A DNA stretch of 63,446 nucleotides, counting the filler, from Dugesia japonica (Eukaryota): the NCBI GenBank assembly GCA_001938525.1. It is 6 parts of 6 records of this genome, joined end to end, with 100 filler letters (N's around TTAATTAATTAA, not from the genome) between each part and the next. Parts side by side here need not be neighbours in the genome. Positions count along the whole stretch, not along the records: positions 31,665 to 41,255 come from MQRL01624836.1; positions 41,356 to 55,018 come from MQRL01637029.1; 4 more parts are not named here. One strand, written 5' to 3'. The number at the start of each line of letters is the position of its first letter. The stretch's first letter is position 1. Made by a program: the position numbers and the translations under genes. Positions 39,161 through 52,760 of this stretch are shown piece after piece. The notes beneath the pieces were generated by a model. That model was given only the letters and a program-made list of their open reading frames with translations, had not been told where the DNA came from and ran no database searches.

Positions 39161-39554
39161 TTTGAAGGTTGTGGTCAATTATTTATTCACAAGGGTAATT
39201 TCTCGATGATTTGAGGTAATAGTTTTCTTGGTAATGGTTATTTGGTCAATTATTTTATTTAAATTAGTTAATCCAATATTATAAAAATACAAGTTGCTCA
39301 TGGGTCCATTAAAAATTAGTTGACTTTATTTATAAAACATTAATACATTTTATGTGTCCATTACAAGTTCGAGAATAGTGCAATATGAATACCACTGACA
39401 TAACATTATAATATTACTCAAAAATCGGAATACATGAAAATTATTGATTCTTATACTAACAAGTTTCATGACCCACTAATGTATTCATGTGATTACATGG
39501 TAAAAATTGGTTTCAATTGTAAGTATTATAGGGGAGAATATCTAAACAAGAATA

Positions 39555-39870
39555 TCTTGACAAACACAAGTCTCACTATTATTAAGTATTAACATACACA
39601 ATGCTCGCTATCATTAAGTCTCACCATACAAGATTACTCGTTACCAACAAATATTAACATGTACAATAATCACTACCAACGGCTATATTAACACAATGTT
39701 TGCTATCATTAAGTCTTACCAAACAAAATACTCATTATCATTAAATATTAATATGTATAATACTCACTATCAATGACTCTTAACAAGCACGTCTCTTGCT
39801 ATTACCAAGTCTTAACATATACAACTCTCATTATGATCAAGTATTAACATACACAATACTCGCTATCATC
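39555..39870. repeat. ~33-bp degenerate tandem repeat (AAGTATTAACATACACAATACTCGCTATCATT)
   Basis: About 9 diverged tandem units. Confidence 0.75.
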
Positions 39871-41749
39871 ATCATCTACCTATTGATTATCCAGTTAATG
39901 GTTTAATCTGTTCATCACTTATACCTCATAGTCAACCCTATATTCACACTGACGATATAGTTTACCATTAATAACCGGTTAATTATTCAAATATTTTCAC
40001 CTTAATATAGAAAATAGAAAATAGTCTTTGAAAATGGACCTTCAAATAGGCTTTAATAACCAATTAATCATCAATTTGTAATATAAATTTATTCTTTCTT
40101 TCATTGAAATTCTAACGAATTCTTCATGAACCTAAAATTTAATTTTGAAATTAATAAATTAATTAAATTTTCAAAGACATTTTATTCAATCAATTAAAAT
40201 TTAGAATCAACATAAACAAAATTTTAAATAAATCTTAAATATTATTAAATATTTAATACATTAAGTATTTATAATACACGAATAAAATATTGTAATATCC
40301 TAATGGAAAATAAAAAATTTTCTTTATTTTTTAACTAAATAAGTTTTTTATTCTTTATAATTAATTTTAAATACTATTAAAAATTTTCTTTAATGTTAAA
40401 GCTTTTTTTTATAAAGTAGCATCTAACACAAGGTGGCCCCCGTTAGGACCACCAACTTTTAAAAGTGAAAAATTTATACCCCCATATTTTCAGGCTTTAT
40501 CAAATAAAAGGAAGATTTATTTTCGACACGTATAAAAATGTTTATACTCAAAATGGGATTAATTGCCATTTATGTTTTTTCGGGAAATTAAATATCTCGA
40601 TAATTTTACGCTTTCAAAGATGCGATGCCTAAGCGGAATGTCACGCAAGGCGGCAATTTTTCATAACACAAATACAATAAATATATATACAAAATTAATG
40701 TTTCACGAAAAAATTTGTAAATAAAAGCATGGAACAGGCGCTTTAAAATTTTCGCCGAATGTGATTTTACTCCATTTATCTTTTTAAAAATAATTTAGCC
40801 TAATTTTCCGCATTATGAAGCTAAATAATCTCGCAAATTTTATTTTGGTTTTTACAAATGTCGAGCGTTAATACTCATTTTAGAAGAATGGATGGCCATA
40901 GATAATACTTTAGCTCTTTAATAATTTAACTTAAATAAAAAACTATATATTTAGAACCAACAACATTGGACTTTATTTTAGTCGCCAATATTCCAATAAA
41001 AAGAGAAAGAGGAAAAAGTGGTCCTTATAAAGTTTATGATGTTTCTAAGTTCAAGAAAAGGGACTTCTTTAAAGTTTATGAAGTTTTTGTACTCAAGAAA
41101 AAGGAAATAAAATTTACAAGAACAATATTTGGATAAATTTTATTTTAGCTTCTAAAAAAGGTCAATACCTAATTCTCATTAACACTTTACCTTTTGAAGA
41201 ACATCAATTTAGAGACGATTTATTTAGTGAATTAATAGTAGATGATTTTAATCGCNNNNNNNNNNNNNNNNNNNNNNNNNNNNNNNNNNNNNNNNNNNNT
41301 TAATTAATTAANNNNNNNNNNNNNNNNNNNNNNNNNNNNNNNNNNNNNNNNNNNNAAATTTACCTCTTCGTAACTAAAATTTTTTGTCAAAAATTAATTT
41401 ATGTTTTGCTTTATCTGCCGATTTGATTACCTGGTTGCAATTATATAATTGTCCAACCAATCAAATAGTATCTAACAGATAGCATTTTAAAATGAACATA
41501 TATCACCAAATTTGGACATTCTTAATTTTGCAAGAACAATCTCTCGTGTGACTGTTATTAGTCACACTGATGAAATAATTTAATGGCTGTAAACAAAGGC
41601 CAATTAAGAAAAATATAATTATTATTATATTTTATTATTATTATACTTACTATTATACTTATTATTATTTTTTTTCTTAATTATTATTTAACTGGGTATT
41701 ATTATCATATTATTATAAAAACATAAAAGAAAATAAGGTTTGGGATAGG

Positions 41750-44310
41750 ATTCACATAAACCCTCACACCTGTAAAGCTGTCTCCCGAATACTAACTCTT
41801 CTGGACCACATTTTGTAGTTTTCTGTTTAGTCACATTAAGTGTAAACTCTACTTCCGACAGGATTTCTTCCCAATCAGTAATTCTTCTTTCTCGCATTGA
41901 TGAGTTCAACAGATCCATAATCGTCCAAAATTTGCTTTCAATTTGACCGTTAGTCTTATGATGATATGGACTTGACACTTGCCATGTAATCTTTGCTTTA
42001 TCTTCGAACTCTTTCATTTCTTTTCTTTTAAATACCCTCCCGCAATCAGAACGTATNACTCTTGGACATCCAAACTTCAGAATCCAATGCTTTATAAATA
42101 TCGTTTCGAATCTTAACGTTATCCTGTATAGTTAAACTCAATAATACTGCAAACTTTGTAAATTGCTCAATCATGTCAAGGATGTATTTCTTCCTATTCT
42201 TCGTATCCTTCAATAGGTCACAAATATCTATAAACATCACTTCAAACGGAGCAACACTGTCTGATTCTTTGGGTATTTTGCGTCTTTTACTTGTCGAAAC
42301 TTTGGATTTTTGACAGAAAATATAGCTTCTTATAATCTCTTTAATTCTTGATCTTAACTGTTTCCTTTCGTATCTTGAGAAAATATATTCCTCCGATTTC
42401 TCTATGCCTGCATGACATAATGATTTATGAATCTCCATAATCTTCTGCTCAATTATCTCCAAGTCTTCTTCAACATTTTATTTCCGCTTCTACTCATTTA
42501 TTCTCTCAATTTTTCCTAGTCTCTTAGTCTTTAATTTTCACATCTTTGCCTCCTCATTTATCAATTGGCACTGAACGTATTTGTCACAGTTCAATTTACT
42601 TAATCCATTTGCATTGCCATGATTCTAACGTTTTCTGAATTCTAATTTTATCTCCAAACTATCTAGGAAATTAATCCAGATTTGTAATCGGCTTTTTTGT
42701 ATGCAACATGAACGTGATCGCTTTGTTATCCATTCTTAAAATAAATCGTCTGTATAAATAATGTCTAAAGTTTAAACAAAAGTAATATACTGTCAGTAGT
42801 TCCTTACGAGTTATGCAGTATCTTTGCTCATAGGTAGACAATGCATGAGACCGGTACGTTATGACTCTTTAATTTCCGTCTTCATCCCTCGCGACAGCAC
42901 TGCACTAATTGTTCCGAAGCTCGTATCAGTTTCTAAAAAAAACTCTTCGTGCAGATTTGTATATGCTAAAATTGGTGTAGAGATTAAAGCCTTCTTCATT
43001 TCTTTAAACACATCCGATAACTCTAAAGACCAAACTATCTTTGTATTACCTTGACTGCTACATAGTTGCTCTAATTTTCTAGCTTTATTTGCATTTCCAT
43101 GATTGAACTGTCTATAATAATAACACATGCCCAGGAAGCTATGTAATTTCATCACACATGATGGTTTTCCAAAACCTTGAATAGCTTCTATTTTTACCGA
43201 ATCCATATGAATTCCTTCTGAACTGATAATGTATCCTAAGAATTTAATTTCTTTCTGAGCACTTTTCTGGGTAAATAATGCCTGTCTCACTAATGTTGTC
43301 CAACACTCTTTTTAAGATTTCATAATGTTCCTCTCGTGTCTTAGAAAAAATTAATATATCATCTAAATATACCATTGATCCCTTGATGTCTTTCATCAAC
43401 TTTGCCAGCAGCTCATGAAACGTATCAGACGCTGCTGCTATCCCAAACAGCATTCTGTTGAAACAGTACTGACCCTGTTTAGTTGAGAATGCTGTCTTTT
43501 CCTGCAATTCATTGTCTAACTCTACTTGGTAATAAGCATTACCAAGATCTATTGTGCTGAAGTAAGTCATCCAATACAACATATCTAGCATCTCTTCGAT
43601 ATTTGGCATTGAAAACACCTGTTTCTCTGTAATAGCGTTCAGCTTCCTGAAATCTAAACATAACCGGAGATCCTGTTTATCTTTTGTCCATATGCATACT
43701 AATGGTGAATTCCATTGAGAATTTCCTTGTCTTATTATTCTATTATCAAACAGGTTTTTAATTGCTTCGTCAATTTTGCTCTCCAATTTTTTCGGTTGTC
43801 TGTTGGGTTTCGTTTTCATTGGCTCTCCTATCATAATGATCTTGTGTTTAACAATATTTCCTTCCTCTCTCTGTCTACAAACCGCATTTGACTGATCATC
43901 TCCTTTCCAATTTATCGTACTGTCTGCTTTCCTCCATCGTTCGTCTGTACCAACTTGTTTCCCGAAATTAGCGTCTATATTGCAAATATACTTCTTGGAT
44001 TCTTCATTACTGCTATTTGAATCTCGTTGTATGAGTACAAATCCGAACGCATTCATGAATTCCATACTAACTATAATATCCTGTACTACTTATTGCACTA
44101 CCCAAAATAATTCCATTCTTTTCGTCCTTTCAATTGCAACGGCAATCAAATTGTACCCAATGTCCCCAATAAACTGCTGTTCGCACACCGACGTTTTATC
44201 CCGCAACATTCCACTGACACTTTCTAAACTTCGCCCAGCATTCTCTACTCATTACGTTTACTCTTGCCCCCGAATCTAACAAACAGTCCCACCACTGATC
44301 TCCCATCCCT
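41750..44310 (-). mobile_element. Ty3/Gypsy pol remnant (protease-RT-RNaseH-integrase)
   Basis: LLDSGA; WNSPLVCI..LRLCLDFRKLN; YLDDILIFS; LETDTS..GAVL-like RNaseH; HKSLCHAG..C zinc-binding motif; SSPYHHKTNGQIE integrase; PR-RT-RH-INT order. Confidence 0.95.
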
Positions 44311-44589
44311 ACCTAAAATAATACCTTATAATTCTGCCGAATGTGATTTAGTTATTTGAAATTAATAATAACATATATTAGTTCTTCATTATTAATAAAA
44401 TACGTATCGTATTTATTGTTAATTAAACTTCACCAATTAAACTTTGGAATCCTATAATCTGCATTCAAAAATGGTTAAGAAATAATCAGTTAGGCACAAA
44501 CATGAAGATCCGAGAATGCAGACTTCCAGAAGTTTAAGTGGACCTTGTCTAAAAGCTCTTATAAAAAATTTAAATAGTATAATTTTGTT

Positions 44590-44740
44590 ACAATTACAAT
44601 TATTGCGAGAATAATTGTTAAACCTAACCATTGATCGTTTTTCAAAATTCATTAAAATAAAAGCTTCGATCAAAAATTTTTAATTGTGTGTTTGATAATA
44701 ATTCTAATTTTCAACTTTGTCTCCGTCAGGAATTGACTAA
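44590..44740 (-). mobile_element. Penelope pseudo-LTR fragment with a degenerate hammerhead
   Basis: Minus strand AATTC-CTGACGG-AGACAAAGTT-GAAA-ATTA-GAATT; flank homologous to 12190-12310. Confidence 0.6.
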
Positions 44741-44769
44741 AGAGTCAATTATAATTATTATACAGCCAT

Positions 44770-45820
44770 TATATAAATTCGAGACATGGAAATTTGGCGT
44801 AGAGAACCCTAACTTTGAAGTTGAAAAACAAATATTTCGAGAAATATGACAAGAATATTAAAATGAATAATAAAAATAATATACAATACCATAATATTGT
44901 TGGGGTGAAACACCTGGTACGGAGAATGAGAATGGCGGTAGGTAAAGCTGAAAGTGAAAAGATAGTCACCAAACGAGGAAACAAAGAATTTAGACAAAGG
45001 AAAGTCATAGTTCAGTGAAAGAAAGAAATAATAAAGGGGGAACGAAGAGTGGCAGTTAAAACCAACGTAAAAACCAGCAAAATCTAAAATTACAGCGAGA
45101 AATAACTCAGAAACAAGAAAGCCAATAAAGAAGAAAAGAAGTAATAGAAGATATCAGCCGAAATAAAGAAAATAACGAATAACAAATAGTTCATTAGACA
45201 AAACTAAGAAAATCATATTGAACTAATAATTGGTGAAAGAGAAAATAAATAAAAGGAATTAATTAAATTAATTAATGAAAGAAAAAAAGACGAAATTAAA
45301 TTAAATATAGATTAGAAAAACAAATATTTAAGAAGAAAATAAAGTAAATAATTTATTTATTTAAATAAAATAAATAATACGAATTAAAATGATTTATTTT
45401 TAAAAGAAAATTAAATATTTGGTGAAATATGGCAAAAACGACGACTTCCCAGGGTGAAAAATTAGCAAATATGACAATTTTGGTCAAAAAATATCGGAGA
45501 TTTCGAAAATCTAAGTTAAAAAATCATAGAAGACTGGGGGAAAAGATACAAGGGTTTGAAGATTGACCAATGGTTTTGTAATCCAAAAATATCAACCAAT
45601 AAGAAGNACTCATGTGACGATCAAGCCAATAAAAGCATTAGAAAAATCGTATGATGTCAAATAACCAATGAAAGGAACGAGGGTATGAAAAGAAACCGGT
45701 ATAAATACCGATGTTATTTTCATCAAAAGGCAGCTAAAAAACAATCAAAACTTATTCTCAAGCAAATTTTGGATCGGAATTTATCTCAAGAGGTATTACT
45801 CGTTTTAAAATTGGTGATTT
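44770..45820 (+). mobile_element. Non-coding interspersed repeat (LTR-like family)
   Basis: GGGGTGAAACACC motif, purine-rich body, CCAAT cluster and GGTATAAATACC TATA box; layout shared with 51760-52760. Confidence 0.45.
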
Positions 45821-46579
45821 ATAAAGGTTTCCGACTTGATCGATTACAGAAATTATAGGACCCAACATAATGGTTAAGTGGAAAACAATTGGTAGTCATA
45901 ATAAGCCAAATAATTCCTGTGTGCTTGCTCCAGANNNNNNNNNNNNNNNNNNNNNNNNNNNNNNNNNNNNNNNNNNNNNNNNNNNNNNNNNNNNNNNNNN
46001 NNNNNNNNNNNNNNNNNNNNNNNNNNNNNNNNNNNNNNNNNNNNNNNNNNNNNNNNNNNNNNNNNNNNNNNNNNNNNNNAACTGACACCAATGATTAGAA
46101 CTAAAATTAACTCACCTTTTTAGGAACTAAGTAATAAGTAAAATGATAAATTATAAACGTTCATACTAGGAACAACTACCTAACATATTATGGTTCTCCA
46201 CTCATGATAAATTAAAACAGGGATTTTTCAACTAGATTAACTTCTCATTTCTAGTAAGCAGTGCCTCTCATGTAGTGTTATTGACTCGAAATAATGATGA
46301 AATTTGGTGCGAATGTGGAGGTTATGTAATAATTGTGTTGGTGACAAATCGTGTTGATACAATTGACAGTTTTTTGACAACATTTAATTGACCACAAGGA
46401 GGGGTATGAATTATTTTTCCTTACCTTAAAAAATTAGTTTATCGCTAATTCTAAAATAAATCGAAACTTTGTCGAAAATCGAGGAATAACAGGATAGAAA
46501 AGAAAGTTATTTACTATTTTTTTTATAAACTCATGTTTGAATTTTAATCGGAGTATCCTTCCTTAAAAATTAAAAACCA

Positions 46580-47050
46580 GTCGATGATCGAAATGGTTAT
46601 AGTTGTTGTAATTAAACAAAGAGGAGATTGACGAGAATTAAAATTGATGGAGCGAAATGATGAAAAGTTGTAATCCAAAATGAGAAGCTGTAAATGTCTA
46701 TGAGCAAATGATACAATAAAAAATTGAGAACCAAAATTGATGGATCAAAATGATGCCAAAGTTGTTCAAGAAGGTATCGTTAAAATTGGAGCGAGGTTTG
46801 TTTTTGAGAAAATGTAGTTATCATTTATGCAAAAGTTGTTCGAGAAAACACAGTTAAAATTAAAGCAAAATTATTGGAGAAAAAATGAGCCGAATTATCC
46901 GACATCATGAATGGAAAACTTGTTCGAGAGAATATCGTTAAAATTAGAAAAGGTTATTTGAGAAAATATGATCAACAAGAAAAAGAAAATTGTTCGAGAA
47001 AACAGCGTTGACATGAGAGTCAAATTATTTGAGAAAATCTGATCATCGTG
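46580..47050. repeat. Degenerate ~60-70-bp tandem repeat (AAAGTTGTTCGAGAAAA..GTTAAAATT)
   Basis: Recurrent GTTGTTCGAGA and TTATTTGAGAAAAT units. Confidence 0.6.
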
Positions 47051-48889
47051 AAATAACTAGTAGACGAGGTCTCCAGACGTTTGCTTTTTGGGAGCTTGAT
47101 TATTGTTAACAGAGATTGTTAGAAGTACCTTTTGTTTTCTTTTCGGTCTTGATTATATTGTTGTCGTCTCAAATACTGATATTAAAAATGAGAATAAATT
47201 TGTTATCATTATATCAGTTTTTTTGGTTATTATTAATTTTGTTTTACTATTAAAATCTGGAAGTTAAACATTTGATATATTAAAACGTATAGATATTGAC
47301 TGGTGTCTTAAAAAACAGAAGTACGTTAGTCCGGTAAAGTGTTCAATGGAATCAATTATTAACTTCATGACGAAAATCGAATGATAGAAAAATACGTACA
47401 GAGCTCCGTATGACTGAGAACTAGAAAAGATGGTGACATCAAATCTTCATCTTCTCTGGTTCGCATTCGAGGAGCGCGGACGAAGAAATTATAGGCCGCA
47501 GGCCGAAAAACTCGTTCTACGATTTTAATTCTTGTTTTGTGATCACAGTTGCATTTTATATTTAACTCAGATTAATTTAAAATGGTAATCGATATTAAAG
47601 CACAAGAACGGTGGCAGAGAAACGAAGTATTAATACTAAGCAAAATATTGATTGTCATTAACATCTATGCAAATAAAAGACGCGATAACGCAAAGTCGCG
47701 CTGAACTCGGAAAGAAGGAGCATAATACAGAGGTGTTGTAAATACTTGAAAATTCTAGGTATATCCGTAGACCAAAGATGAAAGCGAGAAATCAAGTGTG
47801 AGAATGAGAGTCGGCTGTGGGAAGCAAATTAAAGGAATTTAAATAACAAAAGCTTAGAATCCCAAAAAATTTTAAAATAAAAATTTTTTGGTAATATTGT
47901 TATTGTCAACATCGATTAATTTATGATTTAATATATAAGATATTTAAAGTCAAACTTTCTAAAACAAAAGAATGAAATTATCATTTAAAGGATTTGCACA
48001 ATGTCTAAGGCTGACAGACGCTTTTTCAGGGGGTTAATGTCTGTGAAAATAGGCAACGCTCCAGGTAGTTTTCTAATTAGCACGACATTATTGACTGGAT
48101 TGTGTTCATTATCTAGTGAAAGTATTCATGTGTAGTAAAAGTAACTACGTTTTACGTTTAATAATTACAAAGCTGAAAACATCAAAGATAAAAGCGGTAT
48201 AATAAATCACTTAAGATATGTAAAGAAATTATCCAGAAAAATTATTTGTTATTTTATTTTATACAAAGGACATTGGAAAAAATTACATGCTAGACGTTTC
48301 GATTCTCACAACTGTATATAAATAAATAATTGTGATAGTTTGCTTTATATCATTTGATCAATATCAAAGTTAATTAGAATTGCAGTTTCCGAAGAAAAAC
48401 TAAATTATCAAACTACTTAACAATTGTTAAGTAGTAAAATTAATTAAAATATTTCATAAAATCCTAAATTGTGAAATAGAAATTTCAGTAAATGTTTAAA
48501 AATTAATTAAATGTAATAATAGATTACTATTATGATACTGATTAATAATTTCTAGGTAATTGTAGGCATAGAAAGAGAAATGTTTTTAACGTCATGCTGG
48601 TCTGATTCAATCGGTAAGCTAGTTAATGAAAATCATTCACAAATAAATGACTGAACTTTGGAGACAGTTGTAAAATGAGTTCTAATAAATTATTCAAGTA
48701 GTTGTTTTTTTCTCATCCCTAATTACAATTTCTGGAAATTCATTATAGTTTTTTTTTTTAAAAATAATTTATTATCCAATGATTAAATCAACTAAAATGT
48801 CATAAGTGTTTTTATTTATTACATGGAAGTGAGAAAATTATTTCAATTAGAAATTTAACATAGACAACAAAAAATTCGTTAAAACGATA

Positions 48890-49250
48890 GCTGGCCGTAG
48901 CAAATGGCACAATTTAAATGAATAAAGTCAACAATCACAGCTTCTGGTTATTTCTATCTAGTTGCTGGGTGCTGCTGTTGCCACTTAAATTCGAACAAAG
49001 ATAAAACACATAGTTTGTCCGTGTGTCTATTATAAATACTAGTAAAACACACACACCACAGCAAGTAATTGTCGTTTTAATTATAAATCCAGCTGTCCTG
49101 TGAGTGATTTATGTGAGCGCAGGTGTTCAATAGCATCTGTCAATAGCATCCGGGCAGTATACACACCCGATCCATGAATATACTGGTAGATAAGGGATCG
49201 AATAAATGATTATCTAATCAACTCCAGCTGTATCCGCCAGTGGCTTCTCA
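48890..49250. promoter_or_regulatory. Candidate 3' enhancer of atoh8 (E-box cluster)
   Basis: GC-richer island with CAAATG 48901, CAGCTG 49090, CAGGTG 49120, CATCTG 49134, CAGCTG 49225 and TGATTTAT 49105. Confidence 0.4.
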
Positions 49251-49440
49251 TGAAACTTTACATTATTGTGTAGCAACTAAATATCTTATCTATATTTCGG
49301 TTGTTTTATTTTCATGAAATTATAACTTATTATACAAATAACAAAATACATTTAAAAATAAAACAAAAATTATTATTTTATTAAATATTTACAAAATGTT
49401 ATCACAGCCTTTTTTTAATAATTTTATTGATAAAATAAAA

Positions 49441-49956
49441 TCATTTTTCTAATAAAAATTGTTTCATTTTACTTTCCTGGGCAATTGTTTTTGCCAGTTT
49501 ATTAACATAGTCATCAAATTGTTTTGAGGCACATTCAGCATTTAAGTCTTCGTTAATCAAATGGTTAAGTGATTCAATATAGCAACAAGCTATTCGTAAA
49601 ATACCTAGTTTTGACAATTTATATGAATTGTAATATGATGGTACTACTTGTCGAAGATTTTCAAAAGCTGAGCTGATTGTATGAACACGATTTCTTTCTC
49701 GGGCATTAGCTTCCATTCGACGGACTTGACGAACTTTTACTCGCTTTCTAACAGGAGAATTATTTGATTTATTTTCAGTTTTTTCACTAATAACACTTGC
49801 AGATTCAGAAAAATCAGATTGAGAATTGGATTTAGCATCACTGAACTCTACGGTTGGCTTGCGATTTGGTTCGAGATTTAGAGAAGTATTGTTAAGAATC
49901 ATCCAGGGAATTTTATTAAAATTATAAGCATTTAAATAGTCATTAGTGATCATCAT
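49441..49956 (-). CDS. atoh8: bHLH transcription factor, Atonal homolog 8 / Net family
   Basis: RRMEANARERNRVHTISSAFENLRQVVPSY..KLSKLGILRIACCYIESL is the Atoh8/Net-type bHLH (RVHTIS.AF, LRIAC.YI); intact 171-aa ORF. Confidence 0.92.
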   Translation of the reverse strand: MMITNDYLNAYNFNKIPWMILNNTSLNLEPNRKPTVEFSDAKSNSQSDFSESASVISEKTENKSNNSPVRKRVKVRQVRRMEANARERNRVHTISSAFENLRQVVPSYYNSYKLSKLGILRIACCYIESLNHLINEDLNAECASKQFDDYVNKLAKTIAQESKMKQFLLEK

Positions 49957-51213
49957 TGCGATCGAAAAATTGAAATTCTAAACAAATGAATATATATCAA
50001 ATTGAATTAATTCCGACCAATTAAAATCAAGCCAGTAATTTTAAAGCCAAAATGATAACAGATGTTACAATATTATTTAGCCGAGTACCGACAGATTGCA
50101 CTGATGCGTGTGTTGCTGTTTAACGTAGTTTTTTGTGTGCAACATCCTTATTGACATTTGATCACATGATAGCAAGCAGTTCTTTTAGATATAAATATGG
50201 TTCATTATTTTCAGAAAGATTTTTTTATTAAATTGATTGATTATACTTGGTAGCCAATTAGTTGTAAAAACAAAATTTGATACAAAAAAATAATTTCCAT
50301 TGACAAAGCGTTATTTGTGAAAATTTAGTTAACGCTAGAATTAATTTTTTTTCCATTTAAAAGAAAATTCATAAAAATCATAATTTTGAAACTTTACAAT
50401 GTTTACAGGGTATAATTTCAAATGTAATCAATCAAATACTTAGTAATTTCTAGATTCAATTTAGAAATTTATAGTTTTAGTTAATAAAATATAGTATGTC
50501 TATAGAGAGGTTGCTAATTAAAGGACGCTTTGCTTGTCTGGCTGTTTTGCACGTTACTGATCACAATAATAAAAATTTAATTCTAATATTGCGTATATAA
50601 AGATTAATTGAAAAGAAAGCCTGCAAATAGAATTTTTTAAAAAAAAATATTAACAAACTAGAAAAAAGTTGTACAAAATAAACTGCAATAGCAGTATTGT
50701 TTAAATATTATTCGAAATAAATTATGGTAAATGAATTAAATAAATAGAAAATCAATAATTTAAATATATAATTATCACATTTCCATCAAATAAAGAAACA
50801 TCAGTAAATAATTTATCGACCAACAGTTAATTTTTTATAATACCAATTAGAAAATTACTAACTTACTAAATTTTTCTGTGTAAATATTATTTAAAATAAA
50901 TAATATGAAAATAAAAAGAAATGGAAAAAATATTTAAAAATTACAAGTAGAAATAATTTACCAAGGAGTTGTGATTGAAATTCAATTATTTTTATATCCT
51001 TTTAGAAATATAAAAATAAATCAATCATAGTTTCTAAGAAAATTCTGATAGAAATTTTTCAGTCATTTGAACACGACTCCAAATTGATGTATAAATACCC
51101 GGCGCAGAATACAAAAAATAGGATAAAATAGACTTAGCTCAGAACAATGATTCATGTTAGCTCAATGTAAGATTTATAAAAAATTAAGTAATTTTTTTAT
51201 TATTTCTAGTTAG

Positions 51214-51700
51214 TTAACCACTTACTAGTTAGATTTTGGTGAGAAAGGTTGTCAGATATTTTTTTAAAATATTTTATTATAAATTTTATTCTTAGGTTTT
51301 TTTTACACTTCACATTAAATTGAAACTTTTTTATGAAAAAATTTCAAATTTTCTTTAAACGTTTTATTATAATTTTTTTCTGTTTTTTAAAATTTTATCA
51401 CAACAATCATGTAGGTTTACAATATTTAAAATTTTACGAAAATAATTTAATAAATTTTTCTTTGGTATGGTAAATTTTGAAACATTCAATACACAACCAT
51501 ACATCACAATTCGGACAGTAGAATCTCATCTCCTTTCGTATGGGTTTACCGTTTTCATTCCTATTTGAGCAACATACTTTGTACTGTCTATTAGGCCTTT
51601 CTTTATATATCAAGTATCCAAATGAATCATCAAAAAACCGAGATAAAATATTACACAAAATAATTATTCCCACATGTACTAGAAGTAAATTTGAAATTGG
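51214..51700 (-). mobile_element. piggyBac 3' end (C-terminal cysteine-rich domain and TTAA terminus)
   Basis: KVC..RKEMRFYCPNCDVWLCIECFKIYH CRD; TTAACC terminus at 51214. Confidence 0.8.
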
Positions 51701-51759
51701 TTATTATGTTCGAGTTGGAAAATCAATTAATAGCGCTGTTTTCAACAAGAATTTTAGTG

Positions 51760-52760
51760 TATGGGTTCCATCTAGGTAGCTCATTTTTAAGTTATATCTA
51801 GGGTGGTCTGGCCTAGTAAAACCCCGCGAAGAATTTAACCTAGTGTCCCTCCTCTAGATTTTCGGAATGGAGCTGGTGACTCGCAACCCCTATAGTTCGA
51901 GTGCCTGCTCGAATTCCTTTGGTTTGGGTTCATATTTCATCATACTCGCTTTAATTTATGAGGCACACTTAATTCTTATTGCTTTATTAGTTATCGGTGA
52001 TGATGACAGAGTTTCTGAATTTTAATCGTGTGTTGGGGTGTAACACTCGGTTTGAGAAGAAAAACAAAACCAGGGAGACATCAAAGAAGAAAAAAGTATC
52101 AAAAGGAGGTCGAAAGGATAATCAATTAGGAATGAGTGCAATAATTATTGATAAGAAAACGAATAAAGAATGAAATATGGAAGGAAGACATCAAATGGGT
52201 AAAATAGTGCCCGAAACCAGGTTATTAATTAAGAAAATTATTATCATTAAAAAGAAAATAAGATAATGATCAGGAAAATAATAATTAATTAATAAAGGAA
52301 AATTAATTAATTTTATCGAAAAATAAATTAAAATTAGGCAAAAATCTGTTCTTTACAGATAACTCAACTCAGAAAAATCATAGAAACTTGGTGCAAGAAA
52401 ATCTGAAAAGAAAATGTGACAGAGCAATAGGATTTTGCAATTAGAAAACTTCATCATCATCAAGAAGACCCTTACCGAGATTTGTAAAACGGACCAATGA
52501 AGGGTCAGAAAATAAAAATAAAACAAAGAACAGAAAATCACATGGTGACTTAAAAATAGCCACCAATGGAAGCTCTAAAAATCTATTAAAAAAATCTGAA
52601 AATTGGCACTATCGCTAATAAGAAATTTGAATTACAAATAGCCGATCAATGCGGAACGAATCGGGGTGTAATAAAAAATGGTATAAAACCCCCCCTGATT
52701 ATAGTAAAAAAAAACACCAAAAATCTTTAATAATTCAGCATAAAATTAGACATCAAATTT
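51760..52760 (+). mobile_element. Non-coding interspersed repeat (LTR-like family)
   Basis: TGGGGTGTAACACTCGG motif, purine-rich body, CCAAT boxes and GGTATAAAACCC box, as in 44770-45820. Confidence 0.45.

Noticed and set aside
38990-39214. ORFs with heptad repeats (NRNLSTV)
   Set aside because: Translation of a 21-bp minisatellite; no evidence of coding.
40425-40900. Possible Tc1/mariner MITE end (CAAGGTGGCCC)
   Set aside because: No matching inverted terminus or transposase found in the window.
47060-47830. Possible degraded LTR pol fragment
   Set aside because: Only vague motif hints; not enough to call.
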